In this document: piece by piece, positions 10,031 through 19,819 of the stretch
How positions within the stretch are numbered: the first letter of the stretch is position 1
Layout: each line of letters begins with the position of its first letter
From: an uncultured Clostridia bacterium
GTDB taxonomy: Bacteria; Bacillota; Clostridia; Christensenellales; UBA3700
NCBI GenBank assembly: GCA_947038565.1
Contig: CAMQWP010000005.1
Location: 19,763 to 83,762, forward strand
Reading direction: 5' to 3'
Length of the DNA stretch: 64,000 bases
The notes under the pieces: generated by a model
The model's input: the letters and a program-made list of their open reading frames with translations, nothing else
The model's database searches: none
Told to the model about the DNA's origin: nothing
Position numbers and translations under genes: made by a program

Positions 10031-11632
10031 ATGGCTAAAAGAATAATAATACCGAATGAGGACGAGTTCTTTAGTGTTTGTAAGCTAATTGATGCTAACC
10101 TCTCTCAAAAAGATACTAGGTACAATCACAGCGAAGATAGTATATATGTAGATGGTTTAGAGTTTGTAAGGTCAAAAGACTTTAAGGAAGAAGAAAGCGA
10201 AGAAAATGGATATGTAGTGACCGAGTTCGGTAATACAAAGAAATTCACTAGGTTTGATAATTTCTCTAAAGCTACTCGCAGCGAAGACAATGACATGACT
10301 TGGGATAACGTTGTAAGCGAAAACCTTGACACTTTCTATAAGCTAAATAGCTTTTTGATATACGCGCCTTATGATGAGGATACTTTTGCTAGTGATAGCG
10401 AGATAGTTAAGCAAAGACTTGTGAAAATGCTGCCTGCTATACATGATAGACTTGTTATCAAGCATACAGAATCAGCTGATAAAGAGACTATTTACGAAGT
10501 AGCAATCAAGTTCAGATTCGTCTTTAGAGGCGAGCCAAAATACATAATTAATAAATTTTACTTTGACGCGGAGTATAATGTATTCACTCCTTCTCAGTCA
10601 AAAATGCTACACGAACAAATAAATATCATTATCAAGGACGCGAAAAGCGGTGATCTTGATGAGGATAGCAAGATAAGCATAGAGTCTGATCAAGTAATCA
10701 GGATTACTAATAATATCTTAGAAATCATGAAGATGAATGATGGTTTCCAGAGTTATTTAGTAGGTGAAGCTAAGCAAATTTTTGATAATTACGTTATCGA
10801 CTCGAGACATAACGGTCAGTTTAACGTGGAAGTAAGTTGCGATAGAGCTAAACTTAGATATATTGCACACTTGAAGATGCGTTTGAAAGAGTATAAAGTC
10901 ATCGACTCTCATTCTCAACAAGAGATATTTATAGCTACTGTAGGTATGAATGGAGATATAGATCTTACTTGTACCAAGTGCGGTACAAATGTAATATCTC
11001 AAGACGTTGTTGCTTATGCTACTATCGGTGCTAACGGTAAAGAGAGTATCGAGTATGATAATATTAATGATATTACGGATCTAAATATTTCTAATTCGTT
11101 GTTGGCTAAGCATTGTATGCTACCTCCAGCAATGTGCAAGAACTGTAATATGCTTTTATGTAATGAATTGCTTGCTACTTGTACAGAGTGTGGTAAGACT
11201 TTATGTGTCGACTGTAATGCTGGTAATATCGTTGATCAGTATACGCTAGATAACGAATTGCATTATTTCCACACTAGTTGTGGTGTATATTGTGAAGATA
11301 CTTTTCAGACACTGCCTAAGTCATTTACTAAACGTTGTGGCATGTGTGGTAAAGTAAATTCTAATAGTTATTATTCTGAAAAAAGTAACATGTGTAGTCT
11401 ATGTGAGCCTATATATACGGACGAAATTTTTGACGACGAAGAGTACAGAAAATTATATGCTATTAATAAACAAATTTTACCTCTTCACTTGAGGAGAAAG
11501 AATAATATCTGTAATGAGAATTTTGATAGTGTTTTGTTTAAAGTAGTTAAGGGTAAAAAAGAGCTGTTTTATAGATTTGATAAAAGTCAACTTGCAAAAA
11601 ACAAGGCTTTAAAATTAACTAAAGTTCACTGA
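10031..11632 (+). CDS. Hypothetical protein with multi-CxxC (Zn-binding) C-terminal half
   Basis: 533-aa ORF with AGGAGG RBS; CTKC, CKNC, CTEC, CVDC, CGMC, CSLC. Confidence 0.85.
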   Translation: MAKRIIIPNEDEFFSVCKLIDANLSQKDTRYNHSEDSIYVDGLEFVRSKDFKEEESEENGYVVTEFGNTKKFTRFDNFSKATRSEDNDMTWDNVVSENLDTFYKLNSFLIYAPYDEDTFASDSEIVKQRLVKMLPAIHDRLVIKHTESADKETIYEVAIKFRFVFRGEPKYIINKFYFDAEYNVFTPSQSKMLHEQINIIIKDAKSGDLDEDSKISIESDQVIRITNNILEIMKMNDGFQSYLVGEAKQIFDNYVIDSRHNGQFNVEVSCDRAKLRYIAHLKMRLKEYKVIDSHSQQEIFIATVGMNGDIDLTCTKCGTNVISQDVVAYATIGANGKESIEYDNINDITDLNISNSLLAKHCMLPPAMCKNCNMLLCNELLATCTECGKTLCVDCNAGNIVDQYTLDNELHYFHTSCGVYCEDTFQTLPKSFTKRCGMCGKVNSNSYYSEKSNMCSLCEPIYTDEIFDDEEYRKLYAINKQILPLHLRRKNNICNENFDSVLFKVVKGKKELFYRFDKSQLAKNKALKLTKVH

Positions 11633-11648
11633 TTTACAAGGAGTAACG

Positions 11649-14600
11649 ATGAATTATAAAAGTAAAAAATCAATTTTCCATGATAATGTTATAAACAAGG
11701 AAGAATTGTCTCAAGATACAAATAAAAAACTAAAGGATAGCAAATATTTGATATTATTACTTGACGTGCTTATGTTATGTGTTAATATTTTCATGCTTGC
11801 GTACTTTGTTATAAAAGGTTTTGATATCATAGCTATTTCTATACTAGGACTTATCGTCCTACTAGATTGCATACATATGATATTATCTATATTCTTTAAT
11901 CATAAGTTTAGATCAAGTATAATATTTACGAGCATTTACAGCTTGGTGTTATTGATATTGACAGCTTGCGTGTACACTATGAGTTATTTCATTTTTGATG
12001 GAGTGACTATATTTGAGAACGTAGGTATTGCTGTATCTGTTGGTATAAGGTTGGTATACTTTATAACTACTATAGCAACTCTTATCCTTATAACTAAAAA
12101 TAAAATAAAGATCGCACAGCCAATTATTATTATAATTTTGGCGGTGAGTTTATTGTTCGGATCTGTAGCTTTTGGTGCTATAAGAGGTGTATACGGTTCT
12201 GGTAGCGGTATATTAGAAGGCAATAAAACTCTAGAGTATAAGCTACGTGAAGCAGATGAATTCTATCCTGAAACTCACTATGAGGTAGTAGGCAGTTTGG
12301 ATAGTAAATATTCTAATATTATAGTTCCTGATGAGTTCAACGGTCAAAAAGTCCGTGCTATTGATTATGAAGTATTGCTTACAGAGGGCGTTACGAATAT
12401 CAATATCGATACAAAAGAAGCTATAAGTGTCAAGAATACTGAGAAAGAAGGCGTTATAAGTAATGATCTTTCTATCAATATGCCTAAAGACGTTATAGAT
12501 CAATTTAAGCAAAATATTTATAACAACATTGATGCTAGTAACGTTAACAAAATTGCACTAGCAAATATGGTAGATCCACAGCTTGGTGAGGGCGAGTATG
12601 CTGTTAAATTTAACTACGATACTACTAATTATCCAGAGGATCTATTGAATGCTGATGGTACATATAATTATGTTAAAACTTTTTATGGTGCTGAGAAATC
12701 AAACACTACTTTAAAGTCAATATTCGATGCTAATACTGATTATAAAGATTACTATACTAATAATTACGAGACACAAGATTATCAGTGGAGTTATGATAAT
12801 AAAAGCCAGATGGCGATGATACTAAAGTCTAACTTGGATAGCGATGATATCAGTAAAAGTACTACTATAAATATTAGTTTTGAAGATGTTTACAAAGTCA
12901 ATTATGATTTTACTCATAATGAAAATGACAATTTTATCGCTACCCGCGACGACAAAACAGTAAAGACTGATAAATACATTATCGAGTCGGATCTAAGTGA
13001 TATAGAGTTTTATGAGGATATAAGATTCGGCTGTGATGTTAGCTGGAGTGTTAATTCTGATGGCGCAACAACTGAAGTTATTTCAAATGCATCGGAAGTC
13101 TTATCATTCATTCAGTCTAATAATATTAGCACTGAAAAAGAGATAAACATGAAAGCCACTTGGAACATGAGAGTTCCTGAGGGATCAAATCTTTCTGTTG
13201 ATAGTAACGGAATTGCGACTGATAAGATCACTTATGGTGATGATTTAGCAGTTAAATTCTATACAAGTGATGGCTATGCAAAAGAGAAGTATAATTGGTC
13301 TATCATGCAAGGCGATAAAGAAATCGCGAACGTAAATTGGATCTATACTAGTCAACTAAGTAATAATATTGTCTTTGTACAAAATTCTACCGATGGTGTT
13401 ATGTATAATAAAAAGGGTACTTTTGCACCAATTTTTGAGAAGTTTGCACTGCTTAATGCTTCGGAGTTGACTATCAAATTAGATTATATAGTTATAGACG
13501 AGTTCTGTAGTGAAATAACAGCAAATTATGAGCATGAGACTAGTATTACTGTTACTCCAAAGACCGTTAATTTAGACTGGACTATTGATGAAGCGGAGTT
13601 AAATTCTGTACAAGATCATATTGTATATAACAATGCTATTCATACCGTAAGTGCGACTATTTATAATGCTGATATTTGTTCAGTTGATGATACAAATGGA
13701 ACTAGTCCACAAGCAAAAATATCTGATAATAAACTTAAGTATTCTAAAATTTACTCAGTTAAAGCTGAAATAGTTGGCAACCTTAATTATGTTATCAGTG
13801 ATGATAATGGTATTAGTCCTTCTACTATTAAGAAAGTCGAAGTAAAGAAAGCTAAAATACATATATCGTACGATTATACTTATGACGGAGACTTATCACC
13901 TCAAGTCGGTAAGACTTCACTAGAAGGATTGATGTATGTTGGTAAACAATACAAGATCACTCCAGTGTTTAAGATCGAAATCGCTCCTGATACCTTTAAA
14001 CTTCTTAGTGAAGCTGATGGTATAGATCCATATAGTATTTACACTTATGACCTTGATATCAAGGACGCAAAAGGATATACTATTAAGTACGATTTTTCTA
14101 CTGTAAAATCAAGTTCTGATGATAAAGTAGCCGTTTCGAAAAGTTATGAGTTTAATACTAATGAGTGTAAGTTCAAAATTGGTAAAAATATAATAAAAGA
14201 TACTGATATTACATGGACTGAAGAAGAGCTTACATATACTGCGGGAGAGCAAAAGTATCTAGGTACTTATAATTTAGTAGGCGATGATGTTAAAACTGTT
14301 ACAACTAATCAAGTTTCTACTGAAGCTCTTATTATTGCAGGCAGTCATGAAACAAAAGTTAGCTTTGACGCTGAGTCTGCGAACTATGAATTAGCTCCTA
14401 ACGTAATCAAAACACTACTAATAAGAAAGAAAGTAGTAACTGATATTGCATTTAATACAAATACAGCAGTTTATGCTAATAAGTCATTAAATAATAATAA
14501 TAGTGGATTTAATTCTACTGCTATAGGTGTTGATTCATTAAATCTTATTATCGAAAATGCGACTTACAATGCAGGTAATGTTACCGAGTTTAAAAATGTT

Positions 14601-17600
14601 GGTGAATATAGTGATGTAGCTGTAGCGTTGTCAGTAACTGATAGTGCAAACTATACATTTACTGTATATGATCCTGCAAATACTGAAAATAACGGTTATA
14701 CTAATAAACTTGCAACAGTACAGACACTATCTATTACAAAATATAAGCTGTTGGAAGATAATTTAAATAAAATCAAAGAGAAAATATACGATGCTGGACT
14801 AGTTGAAGCTCCAAAAACCCTGACGGGTAGCTATTGTGGTGAAACAGTTGATTTTGCTGTTACATTTTACAAGAGTGAAATCGGTTATGGTAAAAATGTA
14901 GGAGTGGTTAAGTATTCAATCAAAATGGATAGTGCAACCGCGGGAAATTATGACGCGTCAGGAGTGGAATCACTTGTATCACTTTCATATAACATAACTC
15001 CTAGATATGTATCAGTAAATCTAATCGATCCAGCTAGCATTATATACAGTGCTGAACGTCAAGTATTCGATTATCAGTTAATACCTCAAGGTGTGAATTC
15101 TACTGCATGTCAGGATGAGATTGCGCAGGGCGAGTTAGATGGCAATAAATTTATCAACTTTGCTACATTGAATGCTATACAGGCTAAAGATTATATATTA
15201 ATTGATGATCATTTGGATAGTATATATACAGCAAATTATAAAGTAAATAATACTATTTTCACCGTGCATGCACGTGATATCACTGATGGGAAAATTACGT
15301 GGGGCACGTTTAAAGCTCAGTATAACGGATCTGAACAAGGTCTTACTGGTACATTTAGTGGACTTGGAACGGATAAAGTTACCGTTTCGGGCACTAAATA
15401 TATGGATGTAAAACGTGCAGGAGGAAGTTACGATGGCGAGGTACTTGCTTACGAGTATAGAGCGGGTGATTTAACTGTCAATAATAAAAATTATATTGTT
15501 ACAGGACTACCAAAAGTTTTGGTAGGTGATATTTTAGTGGGTGTAACATTCACAATTGAGCCTAAGACTATGGTGTATACAATAACGGATAATAAGTTAA
15601 TTGGCAATACGCTAACTTATACATATTCTGGTGTAGATAATAGACCGACATTTACAACCCCTGATGGTGCAAATAATATATCTATTAATACATTTATGGG
15701 TGATGAACATAGTACAAACTTTACTGATGCTACTGTTGATGCTAATAATTTAGTTATAGATAAGAAGTTGGTGATGGTGTCAGCTAGTCCTAACTATAAT
15801 ATCGTGGCAGATAACAAAAATTATGCTGTTAGAATTAATAAAAAGGAAATTGATCTTAACATACCAACTAGTGTGACGTATAATGGTAAAGAAAACTTAC
15901 CTGCATCTAAAGATTTTGCTAATAGTGCATTATATACTGGCGTGTCTGGTAGTGATAATATGAGCGTAGGTGCACATAAAGTTAATGTAGAACTAACTGC
16001 AGAATATAAGAAAAATCATACAATAAAAGGATCTACAGTTGGAGACAAGTCAACAATTATACATGACTATACTATTACACAGGCTACGCTTGATAATACT
16101 AACGTTGAGTACAGAGCTACTCAAAACATCGGTGAAGAGTTTAATAATATGGTACCTCTTAGTGCTGTAGTATATAATGGTGTAAGTTGGACTATTGTTG
16201 CGAAGATTACGAAAGACTGGGGTACGGGCTCTCCTCAATCAGTATTTATTTATACTGGTGTTGGTGTTAATGTAGCTCAAACTGATTACTCGGTAGGCGG
16301 TTACAAGATAAACGTTGCTATGGAAAATAATCAATTATATAATCCTACTAATTTTGACATTAGTAACTATATCTTGTCAGGTAATTTAGAAGCAAATTAT
16401 AATATCGCTCAGTATGCTGTAAGTGCAAAAGATAAATTGAATGTTTTCTTAGTAGGTAATGAGGACATAAACTTAGTTAAAACAAGTGTAAATCCTGTGT
16501 TTAATAATATTGTCAGAGTGCCAAGCGCAGAGTTTACTCCTAATATTCCTAATCCAACATTGATGAAGATTGATACTATTACAGAGGAAAGTGGGTTGGT
16601 GATAAAAGACGCACAAAATTATGTATTATTATTATCAATATCAAATACGAACTATGTATTCGAAGTTGGCTCTGATAGGATACTATTTACTATAGATGCT
16701 AAAACAATTGACGCAAGTGATATTCCTACGGGCGATCTTGTTTGGGATAATAACGCAACTGTTCAGTTTGATAATTCTGATAAATACATATTTACAGGTA
16801 ATATAGCAATTGACACTTTGAATATTAAGATTACTTCTAACTTTAATGCAAACATTGCTCGCAAGTATACTAACGAAGATTATGCAGACTCTAATTTCGT
16901 GTTAGATAATAACAATTACAAAATCATTAATATTTCTCAGGTGTTCACTGTTCTTCAAGCTACTATTGATCTGGCAAATATTAAGTGGTCAGTTAATGAT
17001 GTAGAGACTGTTGGAGAATTGAGCGCAGTATATAATCATGGTGCGATGCCGGTAATTACTGCAGTATATAATGCTTTTAATGCTATCATATTGAAGTTTA
17101 CAATAGTACCAGAAGTTGAAGGTCAAGTCTACAACGCAAATGAAGGCAATCCGGATGTTATTTATAACTTCATAGCAACAAATACAAATGCAAATTTTGA
17201 ATTCAATTCTGCTACAAGTATTACGAAAGCGGTCACTATTACGCGTCTAAACATTAGCGATCCGACTAGTATCACATGGACTTTAGCAAATGAAGAAAAA
17301 TATAACGAACTACCTGCAAGCAGATATACAGGAGCTGCTATTGTTCCTACTGCTACTATTGAAGGCGTATCGTTAAAGTTAAGTGCTGATTATTCTAGTA
17401 ATATCAATGCTAATATCACAGATCCTTATAAAGTTACTATTCTTGCAGCGCAAGATAACTTTAATATTGATTCTGGATTATTAAGCTATACATATTATAT
17501 TTTAAAAGATAGCATTATAGCAAAAAATATAAAGTTTGAAAATAATGTATCTACTATGCCAGGACGTAATGAGTTTACATATAATGAATCATTACCGATT

Positions 17601-18329
17601 GTGTTTGTTTCATATATTATGTATAATGATGAAAAGATAATTCTTAATGCTGTCGATTCAAAAGAACAGACTGATGTTCGTCCTACTCCATACCAGGTTA
17701 CTGTAACACTTGGCGAGAATGCGAATTTTGAACTTGCTGAAACAGTGATTGATTATTATATCGTGCCTAAGACTATTACATATACTTGGTCAAATTTGGA
17801 TAACCAATCTTATTTAGTTGCTACACTTTTACCGAGTTTAACTATATCGGGTAATGCAAAGCCTCAAAACATGACTAAAGACTTGTATATAGTATATAGT
17901 AACGGTACTACTAAATTAGTAGAAGCTGGTAAGGATTTAATCAACGCTGGCAGTTACAAGCTACTTTATAAGTCTAAAAAATATAATGGTAATAGCAATT
18001 ATAAAATTATTGATGAAAAAGCTGATTTTACGATAAATAAAGCAGATATAAGTGGATTTGATGATGAGATGATAAAACTTGTTGGTAAAACAAGTGTTAC
18101 GTATACGGGATCAGCTATAGTTATGCCTAAGTTGGTGATAGCAGAACAAAATATTTTAGGCGGATTAGATTATTATCGTGTAGTTGATGGCGTGATTAGT
18201 ATTGCTCCTATTCGTAAAATTGTCGATGTCGGCGAGTATGCTCTAAAAGTAAATTGCAATCAAGTAATTGGTGGAAACTTTACAGGTAAGCATACGAAAA
18301 CATTTAAGTTTTTTGTGAATGCAAAATAA
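11649..18329 (+). CDS. Giant membrane-anchored surface protein: about 5 N-terminal TM helices plus a long beta-rich repeat stalk (MBG/YDG-like)
   Basis: 2226-aa ORF with AAGGAG RBS; hydrophobic helices at about aa 32-178; recurring W...Y[NT]G and NY...TI[KP] units; no C-terminal anchor. Confidence 0.85.
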   Translation: MNYKSKKSIFHDNVINKEELSQDTNKKLKDSKYLILLLDVLMLCVNIFMLAYFVIKGFDIIAISILGLIVLLDCIHMILSIFFNHKFRSSIIFTSIYSLVLLILTACVYTMSYFIFDGVTIFENVGIAVSVGIRLVYFITTIATLILITKNKIKIAQPIIIIILAVSLLFGSVAFGAIRGVYGSGSGILEGNKTLEYKLREADEFYPETHYEVVGSLDSKYSNIIVPDEFNGQKVRAIDYEVLLTEGVTNINIDTKEAISVKNTEKEGVISNDLSINMPKDVIDQFKQNIYNNIDASNVNKIALANMVDPQLGEGEYAVKFNYDTTNYPEDLLNADGTYNYVKTFYGAEKSNTTLKSIFDANTDYKDYYTNNYETQDYQWSYDNKSQMAMILKSNLDSDDISKSTTINISFEDVYKVNYDFTHNENDNFIATRDDKTVKTDKYIIESDLSDIEFYEDIRFGCDVSWSVNSDGATTEVISNASEVLSFIQSNNISTEKEINMKATWNMRVPEGSNLSVDSNGIATDKITYGDDLAVKFYTSDGYAKEKYNWSIMQGDKEIANVNWIYTSQLSNNIVFVQNSTDGVMYNKKGTFAPIFEKFALLNASELTIKLDYIVIDEFCSEITANYEHETSITVTPKTVNLDWTIDEAELNSVQDHIVYNNAIHTVSATIYNADICSVDDTNGTSPQAKISDNKLKYSKIYSVKAEIVGNLNYVISDDNGISPSTIKKVEVKKAKIHISYDYTYDGDLSPQVGKTSLEGLMYVGKQYKITPVFKIEIAPDTFKLLSEADGIDPYSIYTYDLDIKDAKGYTIKYDFSTVKSSSDDKVAVSKSYEFNTNECKFKIGKNIIKDTDITWTEEELTYTAGEQKYLGTYNLVGDDVKTVTTNQVSTEALIIAGSHETKVSFDAESANYELAPNVIKTLLIRKKVVTDIAFNTNTAVYANKSLNNNNSGFNSTAIGVDSLNLIIENATYNAGNVTEFKNVGEYSDVAVALSVTDSANYTFTVYDPANTENNGYTNKLATVQTLSITKYKLLEDNLNKIKEKIYDAGLVEAPKTLTGSYCGETVDFAVTFYKSEIGYGKNVGVVKYSIKMDSATAGNYDASGVESLVSLSYNITPRYVSVNLIDPASIIYSAERQVFDYQLIPQGVNSTACQDEIAQGELDGNKFINFATLNAIQAKDYILIDDHLDSIYTANYKVNNTIFTVHARDITDGKITWGTFKAQYNGSEQGLTGTFSGLGTDKVTVSGTKYMDVKRAGGSYDGEVLAYEYRAGDLTVNNKNYIVTGLPKVLVGDILVGVTFTIEPKTMVYTITDNKLIGNTLTYTYSGVDNRPTFTTPDGANNISINTFMGDEHSTNFTDATVDANNLVIDKKLVMVSASPNYNIVADNKNYAVRINKKEIDLNIPTSVTYNGKENLPASKDFANSALYTGVSGSDNMSVGAHKVNVELTAEYKKNHTIKGSTVGDKSTIIHDYTITQATLDNTNVEYRATQNIGEEFNNMVPLSAVVYNGVSWTIVAKITKDWGTGSPQSVFIYTGVGVNVAQTDYSVGGYKINVAMENNQLYNPTNFDISNYILSGNLEANYNIAQYAVSAKDKLNVFLVGNEDINLVKTSVNPVFNNIVRVPSAEFTPNIPNPTLMKIDTITEESGLVIKDAQNYVLLLSISNTNYVFEVGSDRILFTIDAKTIDASDIPTGDLVWDNNATVQFDNSDKYIFTGNIAIDTLNIKITSNFNANIARKYTNEDYADSNFVLDNNNYKIINISQVFTVLQATIDLANIKWSVNDVETVGELSAVYNHGAMPVITAVYNAFNAIILKFTIVPEVEGQVYNANEGNPDVIYNFIATNTNANFEFNSATSITKAVTITRLNISDPTSITWTLANEEKYNELPASRYTGAAIVPTATIEGVSLKLSADYSSNINANITDPYKVTILAAQDNFNIDSGLLSYTYYILKDSIIAKNIKFENNVSTMPGRNEFTYNESLPIVFVSYIMYNDEKIILNAVDSKEQTDVRPTPYQVTVTLGENANFELAETVIDYYIVPKTITYTWSNLDNQSYLVATLLPSLTISGNAKPQNMTKDLYIVYSNGTTKLVEAGKDLINAGSYKLLYKSKKYNGNSNYKIIDEKADFTINKADISGFDDEMIKLVGKTSVTYTGSAIVMPKLVIAEQNILGGLDYYRVVDGVISIAPIRKIVDVGEYALKVNCNQVIGGNFTGKHTKTFKFFVNAK

Positions 18330-18346
18330 TAAGGGAGGGATTATAT

Positions 18347-19564
18347 ATGATATGTGATTTTTGTAAAAAAGAGATAGTAAAACCTATTATAGCTAATAAT
18401 GGCAATATGTATTGTGATCAATGTTTATCTAGTATATTTGGAACTCAACTTATGGAAAGCGTTTCACTTGATTTTGGCGTAGATACTACTAATAAATATA
18501 TTAAGTCAGAGCAGTTGTTTAATGAGAGCATTGCGATAGCTGATAAAGATTATGAGAGATCTATCAGCCTTAAAAATCAAGCATTAGATCTTTGCTTGCA
18601 ATCAAGCATAAAAGGTAACCCTTTCGCTATGGTAAACTTAGGTTTCTATTTTGAAAACGGCTACTTCGATGGAGATAGACTTGATATCATCTTAAATGCT
18701 ATGCGTTGGGATGTTGCTATCGCTATATACGAGCCAGAAGTGGCAAATATTTTAGGCATGAAACCTCTTGCAATAGAATCTGATAAGCTCATTTCTATTA
18801 GCGAGCTAATTGGCACTGCTATTTATAATTTACAGTGCTTGCTTAAGAATAATTATAACTTTATTGAAAATAGTAATCTGAAAAATTTATTTAAGATGGA
18901 GACTATTACCGTAATTAGATTATTGCAAAACACTTTAGTTAAAAAGGGTGTATTTGTATCAAATGAAAACGATGAATCAGCTAATAATATAGACGCGGAA
19001 GAGCTAATCAATGCAAATGCGATAGTTGCTAGCGAAGATCCACGTGATATTATAATAAATTTAGCTAGTAGTAGCGATCATATGATATTCGATATTCGTA
19101 ATCAAAGCGGTAATTTGATTTATAAAGAATTGTTTGATATGAATAAGTTAAGTAGAAAATTATCAAAACAATTTTTTAGTAAATACATAGTAGTTATCAA
19201 GACTGATGAATTAAGTATAACGGCTAGTAGCGTTTCGGATTATGCAGAGCAGTACAAAAAGAGGCTCATAACATTTAATGGTATCAGCACTCTTGGTGTT
19301 ATTGCTAAAAAAGATAAGAATGTGAAGATGGCTTTTAATACGATCGGTGGAAAGAAACAAGCATTTAATGTGAGTTTCAACTCGGCAAAGTGTAAAGATT
19401 ATATAATCAACAATGTCGATGAGGATATGCTTTTTGGTAGCTTTACGGCGGAGCGAGTTAAGGTGCTTGCAGCTAGCATGTATCGCAACTCAAAAGTTGG
19501 TAATAGTACTGATTATAAGTCTGAAATATTACAAAAAGCAAGCAGTTTTATCAAATTAAAATAA
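18347..19564 (+). CDS. Hypothetical protein with N-terminal C4 zinc finger and a Sel1-like repeat
   Basis: CDFC-x16-CDQC at the N-terminus; GNPFAMVNLGFYFENGY fits the Sel1 pattern; GGAGG RBS. Confidence 0.8.
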   Translation: MICDFCKKEIVKPIIANNGNMYCDQCLSSIFGTQLMESVSLDFGVDTTNKYIKSEQLFNESIAIADKDYERSISLKNQALDLCLQSSIKGNPFAMVNLGFYFENGYFDGDRLDIILNAMRWDVAIAIYEPEVANILGMKPLAIESDKLISISELIGTAIYNLQCLLKNNYNFIENSNLKNLFKMETITVIRLLQNTLVKKGVFVSNENDESANNIDAEELINANAIVASEDPRDIIINLASSSDHMIFDIRNQSGNLIYKELFDMNKLSRKLSKQFFSKYIVVIKTDELSITASSVSDYAEQYKKRLITFNGISTLGVIAKKDKNVKMAFNTIGGKKQAFNVSFNSAKCKDYIINNVDEDMLFGSFTAERVKVLAASMYRNSKVGNSTDYKSEILQKASSFIKLK

Positions 19565-19588
19565 AAATTGCAATAAAATCTGATAATT

Positions 19589-19634
19589 TAAATCAAATAA
19601 TACGCTACTTAATTGTAGCGTATTATTTGATTTA
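19589..19634. terminator. 20-bp perfect hairpin closing the five-gene operon
   Basis: TAAATCAAATAATACGCTAC-ttaatt-GTAGCGTATTATTTGATTTA. Confidence 0.8.
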
Positions 19635-19753
19635 TAAGCATTATCTTACTATTGGCCAGTATGATTATTTTGCATTATTGGATACAAAATTGATTTAATT
19701 GCACTATATACGAGTAGATTGAACTGGAATAACTAAGTAAGTTATTTAATCTA

Positions 19754-19782
19754 TTGCAAAATAGATATTAATGTGTTATAAT
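19754..19782 (+). promoter_or_regulatory. Sigma-A-type promoter of the ABC exporter
   Basis: TTGCAA-N17-TATAAT with extended TG. Confidence 0.55.
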
Positions 19783-19819
19783 TTACATTATATATATAAA
19801 AATAATTAGAGAGGCGAAA

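Noticed and set aside
5699-19564. Known defence system (DISARM, BREX, Zorya) or a mobile island
   Set aside because: No methylase, PglZ, MotA/B-like pair, nuclease, integrase or flanking direct repeats recognised, and base composition looks similar to the flanks by eye.
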